DNA from: a virus
Lineage: Duplodnaviria > Caudoviricetes
Direction: 5' to 3' (one strand)
Length of the DNA: 24,823 nt
Virus record (IMG/VR): IMGVR_UViG_3300017730_000080
Span: 1 to 24,823 of that record
Below are positions 24,262 through 24,823 of the stretch, piece after piece. The position numbers and the translations under genes were made by a program. The notes under the pieces were generated by a model, which saw nothing but the letters and a program-made list of their open reading frames with translations, was not told where the DNA came from and did no database searches. Numbering within the stretch: position 1 is the stretch's first letter; every line of letters begins with the position of its first letter.

Positions 24262-24823
24262 ACTACAACAGTTTCATACAAGGCGGTGTCTATAACGACA
24301 CCGTCTTTTTTTAGGTCAAACCTCATGTTAAATCCAGAGTTATAAACTCCACTAAATATAGTTGTATTAACCACATCATCAAACACGTATGTATCTTGAT
24401 CATAATCTAACTCTAAATTTACATATTGGCCACTTTGTTTTTCAACATAAATGTCCATAGTATAGTCTAACTCACTTAATCTGAAGACTTCATCTTTTTT
24501 ATTAACTGTAACAAAATTATACTGCACATCTTCAAATTTAGACGTTCCGTTTCCAGATCCACTACCACTTATTCTCATATATTGACCTTGATCATTATTT
24601 GGTATCGATATATTTTTAATTAAAGGTTTTAGGTAAACATTTGGTTTGCTTTCTATTGTAAATGTGCTTTCAAAACAATTACTTGATTCTGGATTCCTTA
24701 AGGATGTTACCTGCACCCTATAAGTTCCATCGATTAAACCATTACATTCAAAAAGTGAATAACCATTACTTTCTCTTAAAACTTCTTTCTGTGTGTATGG
24801 TCCAGATTGATTTGTTCTGTAAA
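24258..24823 (-). CDS. C-terminal part of an Fn3/Ig-like beta-rich protein, probably tail-tip/host-specificity structural protein; extends beyond window
   Basis: Frame is open from 24821: YRTNQSGPYTQKEV..FECNGLIDGTYRVQVTSLRN (Fn3-type GL..G.Y...V); convergent with the replication operon. Confidence 0.6.
   Translation of the reverse strand, partial: YRTNQSGPYTQKEVLRESNGYSLFECNGLIDGTYRVQVTSLRNPESSNCFESTFTIESKPNVYLKPLIKNISIPNNDQGQYMRISGSGSGNGTSKFEDVQYNFVTVNKKDEVFRLSELDYTMDIYVEKQSGQYVNLELDYDQDTYVFDDVVNTTIFSGVYNSGFNMRFDLKKDGVVIDTALYETVVV
24280..24312 (+). terminator. Intrinsic terminator of the + strand operon, embedded in the antisense CDS
   Basis: AAGGCGGTGTC-TATAAC-GACACCGTCTT-TTTTT: 11-bp stem with one G.U, then U-tract, 18 nt after stop. 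Confidence 0.85.

Noticed and set aside
1-24823. tRNAs, introns/inteins in nrdA, dnaB, recA or dnaE, and stop-codon recoding
   Set aside because: No cloverleaf seen; conserved motifs are contiguous without intein-sized insertions; TAA, TAG and TGA all terminate genes at sensible positions

Overview
AT-rich, gene-dense segment of a large tailed-phage genome (standard code 11), almost certainly viral rather than cellular. It carries a nucleotide-supply and DNA replication/recombination module: dNMP kinase (partial), class I RNR beta and alpha with class Id-like signatures, RecA/UvsX, DnaB, DnaG-like primase, three PD-(D/E)XK nucleases, a three-gene split Pol III (PHP / DEDDh exonuclease / DnaE core), a Whirly-like ssDNA-binding protein and a Rad52/Sak-like annealase. 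Accessory genes include Gmd, a SemiSWEET/PQ-loop protein, a 2OG-Fe(II)-type oxygenase, GT4/GT9 glycosyltransferases, a single-ring ClpA-like ATPase and an APH-fold pseudokinase. A convergent Fn3/tail-tip-like gene runs off the right edge. The most notable unannotated signals are: (1) a strand-specific hairpin of tandem G.A mismatches with a GGA triloop, between a gene-less promoter and a ~7.5% GC tract at the strand switch (candidate origin); (2) two promoter classes, TTGACW-N16-TAnnnT (often hidden inside upstream CDSs) and GTGTAA 8-12 nt before ATG, with little Shine-Dalgarno usage; (3) two unrelated modular basic proteins sharing an N-terminal ME[IL]DFS[DE] tag, like capsid-targeted internal proteins. 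A small DUF4032-like gene tentatively suggests a Verrucomicrobiota host. All family assignments come from motif recognition by eye; no searches were run.
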